29,900 nt of DNA from Nitrospirota bacterium (GTDB lineage Bacteria > Nitrospirota > Nitrospiria > Nitrospirales > Nitrospiraceae). Position numbers and translations under genes: made by a program. Of the stretch, positions 20,499 to 29,872 are shown piece after piece; the first letter of the stretch is position 1, and each line of letters begins with the position of its first letter. The DNA lies in NCBI GenBank assembly GCA_963703955.1, contig CAVPGK010000028.1, forward strand, positions 1 through 29,900, in the 5' to 3' direction. Below the pieces are notes generated by a model, which had not been told where the DNA came from, did not search any database, and saw only the letters and a list, made by a program, of their open reading frames with translations.

Positions 20499-20708
20499 TT
20501 AGATCCAGCAGGCGAGTTCGGTCATCCTCACCTGGTACTCACCACCCGTCTGCAGCAACGAGACAGTTCTGGATCCGTTCAGCCGATCGATGGCCTGGGA
20601 CACCTCAGACACGTTCAAACCTGAAAGAGATACCAGCCTCTCCATGCTCTGTGGACCCATTTCGCGCAAGGTATCGAGAAGTCGTGTCTCGATGGTTGTA
20701 GTGCTCAT
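20499..20708 (-). CDS. Small winged-helix/HTH-like hypothetical protein
   Basis: GGAGG RBS; LLDTLREMGPQSMERLVSLSGLNVSEVSQAIDRL fits an HTH pattern. Confidence 0.7.
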   Translation of the reverse strand: MSTTTIETRLLDTLREMGPQSMERLVSLSGLNVSEVSQAIDRLNGSRTVSLLQTGGEYQVRMTELACWI

Positions 20709-20762
20709 GTTTTAAACCTCCATCGCTCTTGGTATGAATGTCATGTGAAAAAGCAACGAGGG

Positions 20763-20778
20763 TGCAACGAGTGTGCCC
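20763..20778 (-). promoter_or_regulatory. sigma54 (-24/-12) promoter
   Basis: Minus strand GGGCACACTCGTTGCA has exact GG-N10-GC spacing, 55 nt upstream of the 20708 ATG. Confidence 0.65.
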
Positions 20779-21242
20779 GCGAGATTGTTCTTATCTTTCA
20801 GTCAGGAGGAATTGAATGCGAAAGGAATGCGAAGCAGATCCGACAATTTTTGTTGGCATTCGAACAAAATTGAACGAAAAGGGAAAGGCTGATCGATACC
20901 CCCAGAGGTTAGGGAGTCCTGCTACCACAGGGCTACCGACATGACAGACGTTGAACTGACCAAGAAGACGAAACCGCAGGGTCATCAGTGTTCCAGCATG
21001 TGGCGCTGACTTTAGTCTACGACCTGACGGGTCAAGGTACTGTCACTGCTGACCGGCCTTCACTTCCACACATCACCACCATCCTAGCGCGGTCGGGTGC
21101 CACGCCTTCGATGGCTGTGTCGGCCGCGAACAGCGCGCCGAGCCCCGCGATACTGGCATTTCTGCTCGTGGGCTTGTTGACACGATCGAGCGCAAAAAGT
21201 ACGCTGCCACCATTTCCACGCGCGAACCGCGCCTTCCGCGCC

Positions 21243-21371
21243 ATGGCGACGATCTATCTGTCCTCCACCTACGAAGACTGCAAGAGCATCGAGCCTTGCA
21301 GCCTTTACAAAGCGTTTGTCTCATCGACATTGAAGACCTGAAAGAGTATCGTGCGCACGTCATTCGCGCGC
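21243..21371 (+). pseudogene. Two tandem DUF4062-like N-terminal fragments
   Basis: MATIYLSSTYED/(Q)EHRA followed by KAFVSST/EDLKEYRAHVIRA; both match the F(V/I)SST..DL...R motif and both are frameshifted and truncated. Confidence 0.5.
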
Positions 21372-21496
21372 CCACCGCGAATAAGACCCCATCTAAACAA
21401 TTGCCGGGCGCGATTCTGCCTCGCCGAAGGTCATCTCTCTATCGGCGGCCTTCAATCACACTGAAAGATCTTGGAGCCGCTTCAGGACCATCGTTG

Positions 21497-22912
21497 ATGG
21501 ACCGATTGTTGAGACGCCCGCGCGCTGGATCCAATGTTGTTCCCTCCTTTGCGTCTGCCACCATGTGGGCATCGTTCCTTGCCACGAGCTGGTGGACCTC
21601 CTATCCCATCGTTCACGCGTACGATCCGCCCCCGGTGCCTTGCGGCGAGGCTGCGCGTACCACGCCACGACCGGTATCCTCGGGCGATGAAGAGCACCGG
21701 CCGATACAAAGCCATTGGATGTTTGGAGCCAACAAGCGTGATGGGCTCTTTCTGAAATCACCCGATGATCAGTTGTTCCTTCAGGCGAAAGGACTACTCC
21801 AACTGGACTATCGGTCTTTTCCTGGAGGGCAAGAGAAGGGAAGCCCTCGGATTGTGGGACCGGGATTTTTCGTGCAACGAGCCCGTCCGATGCTCGCTGC
21901 ATGTGTCTATGGACAGATCAAGATACAATTCACTCCGGACTTCGGCAATGGATTGGAAACACCTCCGAACCTCTTTATTGCCAACGTGGAATGGGATCGC
22001 TTTTCACACGCTCGCCTGGCCTACGGCCTTATGAAGGTTCCCGCATCGCTCGAGGTGGTTCAATCCATCCAAAATGCGCCGTTTATGGAACGGTCGCTGG
22101 TGCGCAACCTCTCCCCGCTGACTGCCATTGGAGGCACAGTGTCTGGGCAGGTGTGGGGCGGCCGGCTCGACTATCAGATTGGGGTCTGGAACGACACGCC
22201 AAGCGGCAACCTTTTCGTCTCCGGGGAAGTCTTCAGCACGCCGTCCACACTGACCGCGCGTGTGTTTGCCAGACCCTTTCATCGCCATGGGTCGGCGTGG
22301 CTTGGGGACCTTGGCCTGGGCCTTGGGATCACGCAGGGATGGATTTTCGATCGGGCCGGTCAGTTCCCTATGCAGACCGAGACGTTCAGCTTGACGTTTT
22401 TTCAATTCAACTCCAATGTGACGGGCGGTGGGCCGCGAACGAGGCTCTTTCCGCAGCTCTCCTGGTATTGGAAGCGAGTCGGATTCCTGACTGAATACGT
22501 CCGAAAAAACTCGAGAGAACAAATAGTGAATGGGCCGTCGGCGCGGTTCACGAGTGACGCCTGGTCCGTCCAAGGCTCGCTCTTCTTGACGGACGATACG
22601 GCGTCCTTCGGCGAAGTTCACCCGCGCCGGTCGTTTACGCGGATGCAGGCCGGCTATTGGGGAGCATGGCAGGTGGCAGTCCGATATGCAGAGATCAGGC
22701 TTGACCCGGACGCCTTTTCGTTGGGTTTTACCGATCCGAGCAACAATGCTCGAGAAGCCAAGAGTACGACGGTTGGCCTCAACTGGTATCTCGACTCCTC
22801 GCTACGATTGTCCGTGAATTACGCCCATACTGATCTGACCGGCGCGATTCCGTCGTACATCGGCGTCCGACGGGAAAACGGTCTGATGTTCCGAGTGCAA
22901 ATGACTTATTGA
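21497..22912 (+). CDS. OprO/OprP-family (phosphate-selective) porin
   Basis: GLFLKSPDD, LLQLDYR, VQRARP, PFMERSLVRNL, GAWQVAVRYAEI, TVGLNWYL and terminal FRVQMTY. Start uncertain (21497 or 21563). Confidence 0.82.
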   Translation: MDRLLRRPRAGSNVVPSFASATMWASFLATSWWTSYPIVHAYDPPPVPCGEAARTTPRPVSSGDEEHRPIQSHWMFGANKRDGLFLKSPDDQLFLQAKGLLQLDYRSFPGGQEKGSPRIVGPGFFVQRARPMLAACVYGQIKIQFTPDFGNGLETPPNLFIANVEWDRFSHARLAYGLMKVPASLEVVQSIQNAPFMERSLVRNLSPLTAIGGTVSGQVWGGRLDYQIGVWNDTPSGNLFVSGEVFSTPSTLTARVFARPFHRHGSAWLGDLGLGLGITQGWIFDRAGQFPMQTETFSLTFFQFNSNVTGGGPRTRLFPQLSWYWKRVGFLTEYVRKNSREQIVNGPSARFTSDAWSVQGSLFLTDDTASFGEVHPRRSFTRMQAGYWGAWQVAVRYAEIRLDPDAFSLGFTDPSNNAREAKSTTVGLNWYLDSSLRLSVNYAHTDLTGAIPSYIGVRRENGLMFRVQMTY

Positions 22913-23734
22913 TCACCGAAGGTCCCATGGCTGCGCTCGATGCGTGCTGCTGGTCGCGTTCCACCGAAGCTATGTTCTGGACGGTGAAACCTAGAGCATC
23001 ATGGAGCTGGCGCTTCATGCTGCCAACAGAGGATGTTGAGCCCAGAGGAGTTTGATCGGCAGGAATTTGATTCTTAAGTTGTAGCTATTTCCCTCTTCGT
23101 ATGTATCTATTCTTATACAGGTAGTATTATTTAAGATGCGTATTCATGGAATTGCCACTGCATACGGCATTGATTTAACTCATTCTCCTTATTCTCGCAA
23201 AACGCAGGCGTTACGGGTAGAGTTCGCTAAGGTCTTCGCGGGATAGTCAAGCGGATAATTGCTGGTAAAGTGGCTGCATGAGTTGCTGAAAGTAAGACAT
23301 AGTGGTATTAGCATGCTTCTCGTGGTGAGGGGTTGGATTCCTCCTTCGGCTCAACCACTTGAGACTAGAAGCCGCTGAAGATAGCGACCGACTCGACCCT
23401 TCTTTGCAAATGGGACCAAGGTCCTAGCCCTTCTGTGGATTGCACAGATTGTCATCCTATTTTTATGAACTCTCAATAGAAGGCAAACGCAATCGATAAG
23501 GCGTACATCAAGAGTTCAATGCTGCGTGTGAGAACAGTGTTTGAACCAGGTACTGTTCTTGTCTCATCGAGGGTGCCCGGCACAAGCCAGACGCCTGACG
23601 AAGGGACTCCGTTCTACTCAGTTCCCTGGGGGGCTATCTGATACCCAGGCAATTCACCCAAATCACGTGAGAAGTATGGACCGCATCAAGGGAAATGTTC
23701 AGCTCTCCGTTGGCCTTCTAAAAGGACGACGCCG

Positions 23735-26665
23735 ATGTCTGGCCTAGCCGCTGGACGGCCGCGATTGCCGGTTGCCACGTATCGGTTGCAGTTCAACCGC
23801 TTGTTTACGTTCAAGGCGGCCATACAGATCATTCCGTACTTGTCGGCCTTGGGGATCACGGAGTGTTATGCGTCCCCCTACTTCAAGGCGGTGCCGGGCA
23901 GCATGCATGGCTACGATGTCATTGATCCGACGGTGTTGAACCCGGAAGTGGGGACGGAAGAGGATTACCGGGAGTTCGTCACCACACTGCAGAGTCACGG
24001 CATGGGGCAGATCCTCGACGTGGTTCCGAACCACATGGGGATCGGCCAATCCGCTAACCAGTGGTGGCTGGATGTACTGGAGAACGGGCCCAGTTCCCGG
24101 TATGCCAACCTCTTTGATATCGATTGGAGTCCCGTCAAGCGAGAGTTGCAAGGGAAGGTCTTGCTGCCGATTCTCGGCGACCTCTATGGAGCGGTACTCG
24201 AGAACCAGGAGATCAGGCTTGTCTGTGAGGCGGGCAATTTCCGCATCCGCTATTACAATTACACGTTACCAGTGGCGCCAGAATCCTGGGGCATGATTCT
24301 GACGCACCGACTCGAAGAGCTCATCGCTCAGGCTGGGGCTGAAGCTCCGGACATCCAAGAACTGCAAAGCATCGTCACTGCCCTCCGCCATCTCCCGTCT
24401 CGGATGGAAGTGGATCCCGAACGCGTGAGTGAGCGCTACCGCGAAAAAGAAATTGCTCGACAGCGATTAGCCACCGTAGTGGAGGACAGTCCCACAATCA
24501 CCAAGTTTATCGAGGAGAACGTTAACGTCTTCAATGGGACTCAAGGCGATCCACGAAGTTTTAACCTGCTCGATGTCCTTCTCAATGAGCAAGTCTACCG
24601 TCTCGCATACTGGCGTGTCGCGTCGGAAGAAATCAACTACCGCCGGTTCTTCGACATTAACGATCTGGCAGCAATCCGAATGGAAGATGAGGCGGTGCTC
24701 ATGGAATCCCACGCGTTCATCTTCCGGCTCCTGAAGGAAGGAGCCCTGACGGGTCTTCGGATCGACCATGTCGACGGGTTGTATGATCCCGAGCGGTATC
24801 TCCGCCACATGCAAGCCTGGGCGCAGACTGAGCTTTCTCCGCATCCGCGCCACCAGGACTCGGATGAGGATAGACCTCTGTACACCGTCGTCGAAAAGAT
24901 CCTCGGCAGAGATGAACCGCTGCCAAGGACATGGCCGGTCCATGGAACGACCGGTTATGACTTTCTAGGCCTCGTCAACGGACTCTTTGTGCAGAGCGAA
25001 AACGAGGCGGCGCTGGACGACGTGTACACGCAGTTCATCCATCGCCACCGCTTGTATGACGATCTAGTTTATGAAACCAAGAACCTCATCATGCGCGTGT
25101 CCATGTCGAGCGACATTAATGTGCTCGGACATCACTTGAACCGGCTTTCGGAACGGGACCGTCGGTCCCGTGACTTTACGTTGAATAGCTTGACGCATGC
25201 CATTCGGGAGATCATGGCATGCTTTCCGGTCTATCGGACCTATGTCATTGACAGCCCAGAACCAGTCCTAGACCGGGACCGGGCCTACATCCGGCTGGCC
25301 GTTGCAAGTGCCAAGCGGCGAAACCCTGCCGTGAGCGGGTTGGTCTTTGACTTCGTGCGGTCGCTGCTGCTGAAGGAATGGGATGAACGGACTCAACAAG
25401 ACCGCAAGGAGCAGCTTCGCTTTGTCATGAAATTTCAGCAGACCACCAGCCCGGTGGCCGCCAAGGGGATTGAAGATACGGCGTTTTACGTCTACAACCG
25501 GCTTCTTTCTTTGAATGAGGTTGGGAGCGACCCGCAGCGGTTCGGCATGCCGCTCACTACGTTCCATCAACACATGCGGGAGCGCCAAGCCTATTGGCCT
25601 CATTCCATGTCTGCGACCTCGACCCATGACACGAAGCGCAGCGAGGATGTCCGCGCCCGGCTCAACGTCCTGTCGGAGATCCCGCAGTGGTGGAGGACGC
25701 GTGTCAATCGCTGGGGTAAAGTCAACAAGAGACACAAGACGGCTGTGGATGGAGAGGCGGCTCCAGATCGTAACGAAGAATACTTTCTCTACCAGATTCT
25801 GATTGGCGCGTGGCCGCTCGGGCTCGTGGATGAGGCCCAATATCGCACGTTTTGTGACCGGATCCAGGCCTACATGAACAAAGCGCTCAGGGAAGCTAAA
25901 GTGCATACGAGTTGGCTTAATCCTCACCAGGGCTACGAGGAGGCCGTGCATCATTTCGTCGAGGCGATTCTGGACCGCACCACACTGAATCCGTTTCTCG
26001 AAGACTTCCGTCCGTTTCAAGCGCGGATCGCGCAGCACGGAATGTGCAATGCCCTTTCGCAGCTTCTACTCAAAGTCACAGCCCCCGGTATCCCGGATTT
26101 TTATCAGGGCACCGAACTCTGGGACTTGAGTCTCGTGGACCCGGACAACCGGAGACCAGTGGACTTCTCGATGCGTGCCAAGCTTTTGAACGAGCTCGAG
26201 CGGACCTGTCTGGATATCGGCGAAGACCGTCGAGGGTTCGTCCGCGATCTGATCACATCGCGAACAGACGGAATGCTCAAACTCTACGTGACTAGGACCG
26301 CCCTTCACTATCGCCAAGCGCATGCATGTCTCTTCCAACGAGGCGAGTATGTACCGCTGGACCTCTATGCCAGTAAGAGGGACCATGTGTGCGCGTTCAC
26401 GCGTCTGTATCAGGACGAGGCTGCCGTGACCGTCGTGCCGAGGCTCGTCGCTGAACTGATGCAGCAAGGCGAAGGGTTCCCCGTGCGGTCGGAGGTGTGG
26501 GGAGACACGTTGGTGAGGGTGCCATCGTGGAGACAAGGGGGTCAATACCGGAATGTGTTGACAGGCGAAGTGCTGACCTCGAGCGAAGCGGTCGGCAATC
26601 AAGTGCTGCGTGTTGGCGAAATCCTGAGCGACTGTCCTGTGGCGTTGTTGGAGCGGATCGCATGA
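23735..26665 (+). CDS. treY: Malto-oligosyltrehalose synthase
   Basis: ATYRLQF, GSMHGYDV, DVVPNHM, INYRRFFDIN, GLRIDHVDGL, VVEKIL, STHDTKRSEDVRAR and PDFYQG..SLVDPDNRRPVD. Confidence 0.96.
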   Translation: MSGLAAGRPRLPVATYRLQFNRLFTFKAAIQIIPYLSALGITECYASPYFKAVPGSMHGYDVIDPTVLNPEVGTEEDYREFVTTLQSHGMGQILDVVPNHMGIGQSANQWWLDVLENGPSSRYANLFDIDWSPVKRELQGKVLLPILGDLYGAVLENQEIRLVCEAGNFRIRYYNYTLPVAPESWGMILTHRLEELIAQAGAEAPDIQELQSIVTALRHLPSRMEVDPERVSERYREKEIARQRLATVVEDSPTITKFIEENVNVFNGTQGDPRSFNLLDVLLNEQVYRLAYWRVASEEINYRRFFDINDLAAIRMEDEAVLMESHAFIFRLLKEGALTGLRIDHVDGLYDPERYLRHMQAWAQTELSPHPRHQDSDEDRPLYTVVEKILGRDEPLPRTWPVHGTTGYDFLGLVNGLFVQSENEAALDDVYTQFIHRHRLYDDLVYETKNLIMRVSMSSDINVLGHHLNRLSERDRRSRDFTLNSLTHAIREIMACFPVYRTYVIDSPEPVLDRDRAYIRLAVASAKRRNPAVSGLVFDFVRSLLLKEWDERTQQDRKEQLRFVMKFQQTTSPVAAKGIEDTAFYVYNRLLSLNEVGSDPQRFGMPLTTFHQHMRERQAYWPHSMSATSTHDTKRSEDVRARLNVLSEIPQWWRTRVNRWGKVNKRHKTAVDGEAAPDRNEEYFLYQILIGAWPLGLVDEAQYRTFCDRIQAYMNKALREAKVHTSWLNPHQGYEEAVHHFVEAILDRTTLNPFLEDFRPFQARIAQHGMCNALSQLLLKVTAPGIPDFYQGTELWDLSLVDPDNRRPVDFSMRAKLLNELERTCLDIGEDRRGFVRDLITSRTDGMLKLYVTRTALHYRQAHACLFQRGEYVPLDLYASKRDHVCAFTRLYQDEAAVTVVPRLVAELMQQGEGFPVRSEVWGDTLVRVPSWRQGGQYRNVLTGEVLTSSEAVGNQVLRVGEILSDCPVALLERIA

Positions 26666-26703
26666 TTGATCTGGGGAGTGCGTGAACGATTTCAGATTAG
26701 GCG

Positions 26704-27153
26704 GCCGTCCGAACCGAGGTGGCGGCCATACAAGCTGAGCACCTTCAAACGTCTGGATCTGACCGCCGAGCAGGTCCTCAGGGAGCTCGCTCGTATCGGC
26801 TTCAGTGACATTCGTTCGCTGTTCGACGAGCAGGGTGTGCTGCGCCCGATCCACACGCTGGATGAACAGACCGCCGCGATGATGAGTTCACTGGAGCACG
26901 ACGCGATCTACTCAGGGACCGGCAAGAACCGCAAGCTGGTCGGGCATACCAACAAGGTCAAGTGTGGGACAAGGTGACCGCCTTGCGAACACTAGCGCAG
27001 CATTTCAAGTTGCTCGAGCCAGAGGAGCAGACCAAGCGGCCCTTGCAGATCATCATCACAGATGCGCCAGCGTCGGGGGCACGGGTGGTCAATGGGGCGG
27101 AGGGTACCGGGAACAACAACAGTGCGAGTCGCAAGGCAGTGGTGATTACGTGA
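26704..27153 (+). pseudogene. Phage terminase small-subunit remnant (N-terminus missing, frameshifted)
   Basis: LTAEQVLRELARIGFSDIRSLFDEQGVLRPIHTLDE...KVK, frameshift near 26962, then WDKVTALRTLAQHFKL; a typical TerS C-terminal half. Confidence 0.75.
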
Positions 27154-27790
27154 GCGCGACGAACCGCCGTCAAAAAGGAATCCAAACTCCGACCTGAACT
27201 TCATTGGGCGCGAAGCTGCCCGCCGCCGGCTGGTCCAGCATCAGGCGGGTGACGTCACGTGTCTCCCCTCCGGCAAAGCCCAGGCCCAAGCGGAACGCGA
27301 ATGGATGCCCGTCCCAGGTCTGCCACCAACGAAACTCACCAGGGAGTCGGAGCACAGTCGTCGTGACGGGGTCCGTATAGGAGTGGGGGCCAGCGAATTC
27401 AATAGGGACTGACTTCGAACGTGGACCACACGTCCCAGGTTACCCCGTACGCGCATGCCAGCCAAGACCCAAATTCCATGGGGACTGAAGCCGATTCCAG
27501 CCCCAAGTCTGAGGTGCGTGGTGAGACGATAGTCAGAGAGTGTGCCCGCCCACGAGCACGGCGAGTTTACGAAGGCACTGAAGCGGTCGGAAGTAGCTCG
27601 GTGTTAGAAGATTGCGCGCAGTGGGGGGCCGGTCCCTCAACCCACAACAAAGTTGCCTGGTCATGTATTCTCACGTTTTAGGGGATTCAATGTAAGACGT
27701 GCTAAGCTGATGCGGCGTGCTGTTCCAACCTTCAGATGTAGTGGGGACACCGCTGGCAAACTCCGCGCGTGAATGAAAGGACGTACGTCG

Positions 27791-28105
27791 ATGAAATTAA
27801 CACCGTTGCACGATTGGGTATTGATCCGGACCGGCGAGCCAAGCGAGAAGAGTGCCGGCGGCATTATCATTCCCGACACCGCGCAAGAGAAACCGGAGGA
27901 AGGAGAAGTCCTCGCCGTGGGGACAGGTCGCTTTGTCGAGGACAAGGACTCTAAGGAGAAAATCAAGAAGAAGACATTTGTGAAGACCACCCTCAAGCCG
28001 GGCGAGCATGTCCTGTACAAAAAATACGCCGCCAGAGAAGTGGAGGGCAACGACGAAGAGTTGGTGCTGGTTCGTGAAGAGGATGTCTTGGGTTATCTTC
28101 GGTAA
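27791..28105 (+). CDS. groES: 10 kDa co-chaperonin, no adjacent groEL
   Basis: MKLTPLHDWVLI..EKSAGGIIIPDTAQEKPEEGEVLAVGTG..LVREEDVLG; AAAGGA RBS. Confidence 0.93.
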   Translation: MKLTPLHDWVLIRTGEPSEKSAGGIIIPDTAQEKPEEGEVLAVGTGRFVEDKDSKEKIKKKTFVKTTLKPGEHVLYKKYAAREVEGNDEELVLVREEDVLGYLR

Positions 28106-28568
28106 TTGACATTCTTCACAGAAAGAGAAGAATTCCTGGACCCATGCGAGCGCGTGCCGACCCACCACCACGGTCCCACAGTGCAACTGCTTGGCTGCCT
28201 CAAGGACCTCCCGGACGACATTCGGCCTATGGATCGATGAAGAAAAGTGAGTGCTGATATGGTGTTGCGAAACGCCGTGATCCCCGAGAATTGTCTGATT
28301 GATGGTGAGAGAGTCCTGAGCAGCTTTCTTCGCCTTCTCTATCCATTCAGCCTGAGCGGTTTTGAGTTCTTTGCTCAGCATCCGCTCCTTTTAAGGATTT
28401 TCTGATCCCCCGAATTCTAAGAGGCTGGGGGGAATGGGAGGAAGCACATGGAACAGACGTATTTGGATATGCTCACGTCCGCGCACCATCTGGGACACGT
28501 ATGTGACGGCTTTCGTGGAAAGCCTCAGAATCGTCGGTGGCGATGAGAATTTTATTGATTCTTTCCAC
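28106..28568 (-). pseudogene. Universal stress protein pseudogene
   Basis: GTG 28568 RINKILIATDDSEA, frameshift, STKAVTYV..LFHVLPPIPPSLLEFGGSENP*KERML..GTVVVGRH. Internal TAA; 3' end lost next to the groES stop. Confidence 0.78.
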
Positions 28569-28661
28569 GGCTTCGCTCGCTCATCAACGGATGTTCTTGT
28601 ACCGGGATTCCCAACAGAGGCTAGGCCGTCGGTGGGGGGGTGTCAAGGTTCAGGGTAGGGG

Positions 28662-28690
28662 TGATCTGCCCCCAGATGTTAGGCCACCGT
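28662..28690 (+). mobile_element. Possible solitary IS3-family terminal repeat
   Basis: TGATCTGCCCCCAGATGTTAGGCCACC resembles IS3-type ends (5'-TG..CTGCCCC). No partner or transposase seen. Confidence 0.3.
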
Positions 28691-28784
28691 TCAAGTTCCC
28701 TTACGCCGACTGATCCAACGCCGGAACAGGAGACCACCCGCCACTGGGATTCAGTGAGCTGTCCTGACGGGACACCTCCACCGA

Positions 28785-28812
28785 TTGACCTCTCGCGAAG
28801 GACGGTTATCTT
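28785..28812 (+). promoter_or_regulatory. sigma70-type promoter of the candidate ncRNA
   Basis: TTGACC(28785)-16 nt-TATCTT(28807); predicted start ~28819 is the first base of the closing stem. Confidence 0.55.
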
Positions 28813-28818
28813 ATAAGT

Positions 28819-28976
28819 GAGCGGAGGCCTCGGTGAGAGGAACACTCAAGGACATCGAGGTCGGGTGTAGGGGCGGTGAGCAGGCCCGCCGGTAATGAGC
28901 GGGAAGCCTAAAACCCCTCCAAGACCTCCATAATCGACACAGAGCTCTCTGGACCCGCCTCCGCTCCGCTTTTTTT
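28819..28976 (+). ncRNA. Candidate rod-shaped structured RNA (6S-like architecture)
   Basis: Eight nested stems in order, a 10-bp perfect closing stem, a central bubble, an upstream promoter and a T7 tract. No plausible ORF. Confidence 0.5.
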
Positions 28977-29872
28977 GATCCCACAGCACACGTGCCTCTC
29001 CCACACCCGCTGGTAGTGGTATTTTTGAGACCGATATCGAGGACACGGCTCCCCACAAACTGATCAGCCTTTATCCATTCCTATGTGAGGCAGGAATCCA
29101 CACACACGAAGGAGCCTGCTACCACCTTACATATACGCTTGTGGAGGGAGTCAAAGAGGAGAGGCTTACAACAAAAAACGGCCCGTCCTTATGCGGATCA
29201 CCGGGTCTGTCGACTCGTCGGAATCATGTCCGGCAACCCTTCAGTCACCTACGTTGGTTGCCCCGCGCCGTGGTCATCGGGCTCGCATTGACGGCCATGC
29301 CTACTGGCATCGAGCGACACAGGCGCGTACCTTGAACCACAATCCCGCCACTGAAGCAGAGACGGTGCCCTTTTGCACGTTGGCGGCATAAGGGCGAGTC
29401 AAAAACTTCACAAGGCTGCTGACCTTCACTGAGCGATCAACACCTCCTTCAATTTTGGATTAACCATCCTCTCCTCGAAGTCAACGAGCTCGTGACGGCC
29501 AATCACTGTAGACAATCACCTCACTGGGGGTGAAGTTCTATTATTAGGCTGTGTCGTTCTCGTAGTGCGCGCTTCTACGCGGAATGCGACATGCGGTCAA
29601 GTGGAAAGGAAGAAGACAGTAGAGCAGTGCAGTGGAAATACCAGCATATGAACCGAAATCGAACTGAAGTTGATGGGAACAGTCGACCCACGGAAGACTC
29701 GAATCCCCGCCGCGAGTGATAAAGTACAATGTCCCCGTTTTTTAATCCTCTTGGCGGGAACTTTTTCCCACTCCAGGCGTCTTAGCGGTTGAACGGGCCA
29801 ATTTTAAAATCCTGGATCAACGCCAAGAATGACTACTGAATTGAATAGAGTTAAATGTAACGTATTGAATTC

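Noticed and set aside
27754..27768. GG-N10-GC (TGGCAAACTCCGCGC) before groES
   Set aside because: Poor -12 element, and the start site would fall inside the SD.
27797..28381. 194-aa minus-strand ORF as a real gene
   Set aside because: It is the USP pseudogene's 3' part running through antisense groES after losing its stop.
28819..28976. Identification of the hairpin as SRP RNA or a plain terminator
   Set aside because: It lacks the SRP helix-8 CAGG-GNRA-AGCA motif, is far too long for an intrinsic terminator, and has no + strand gene directly upstream.
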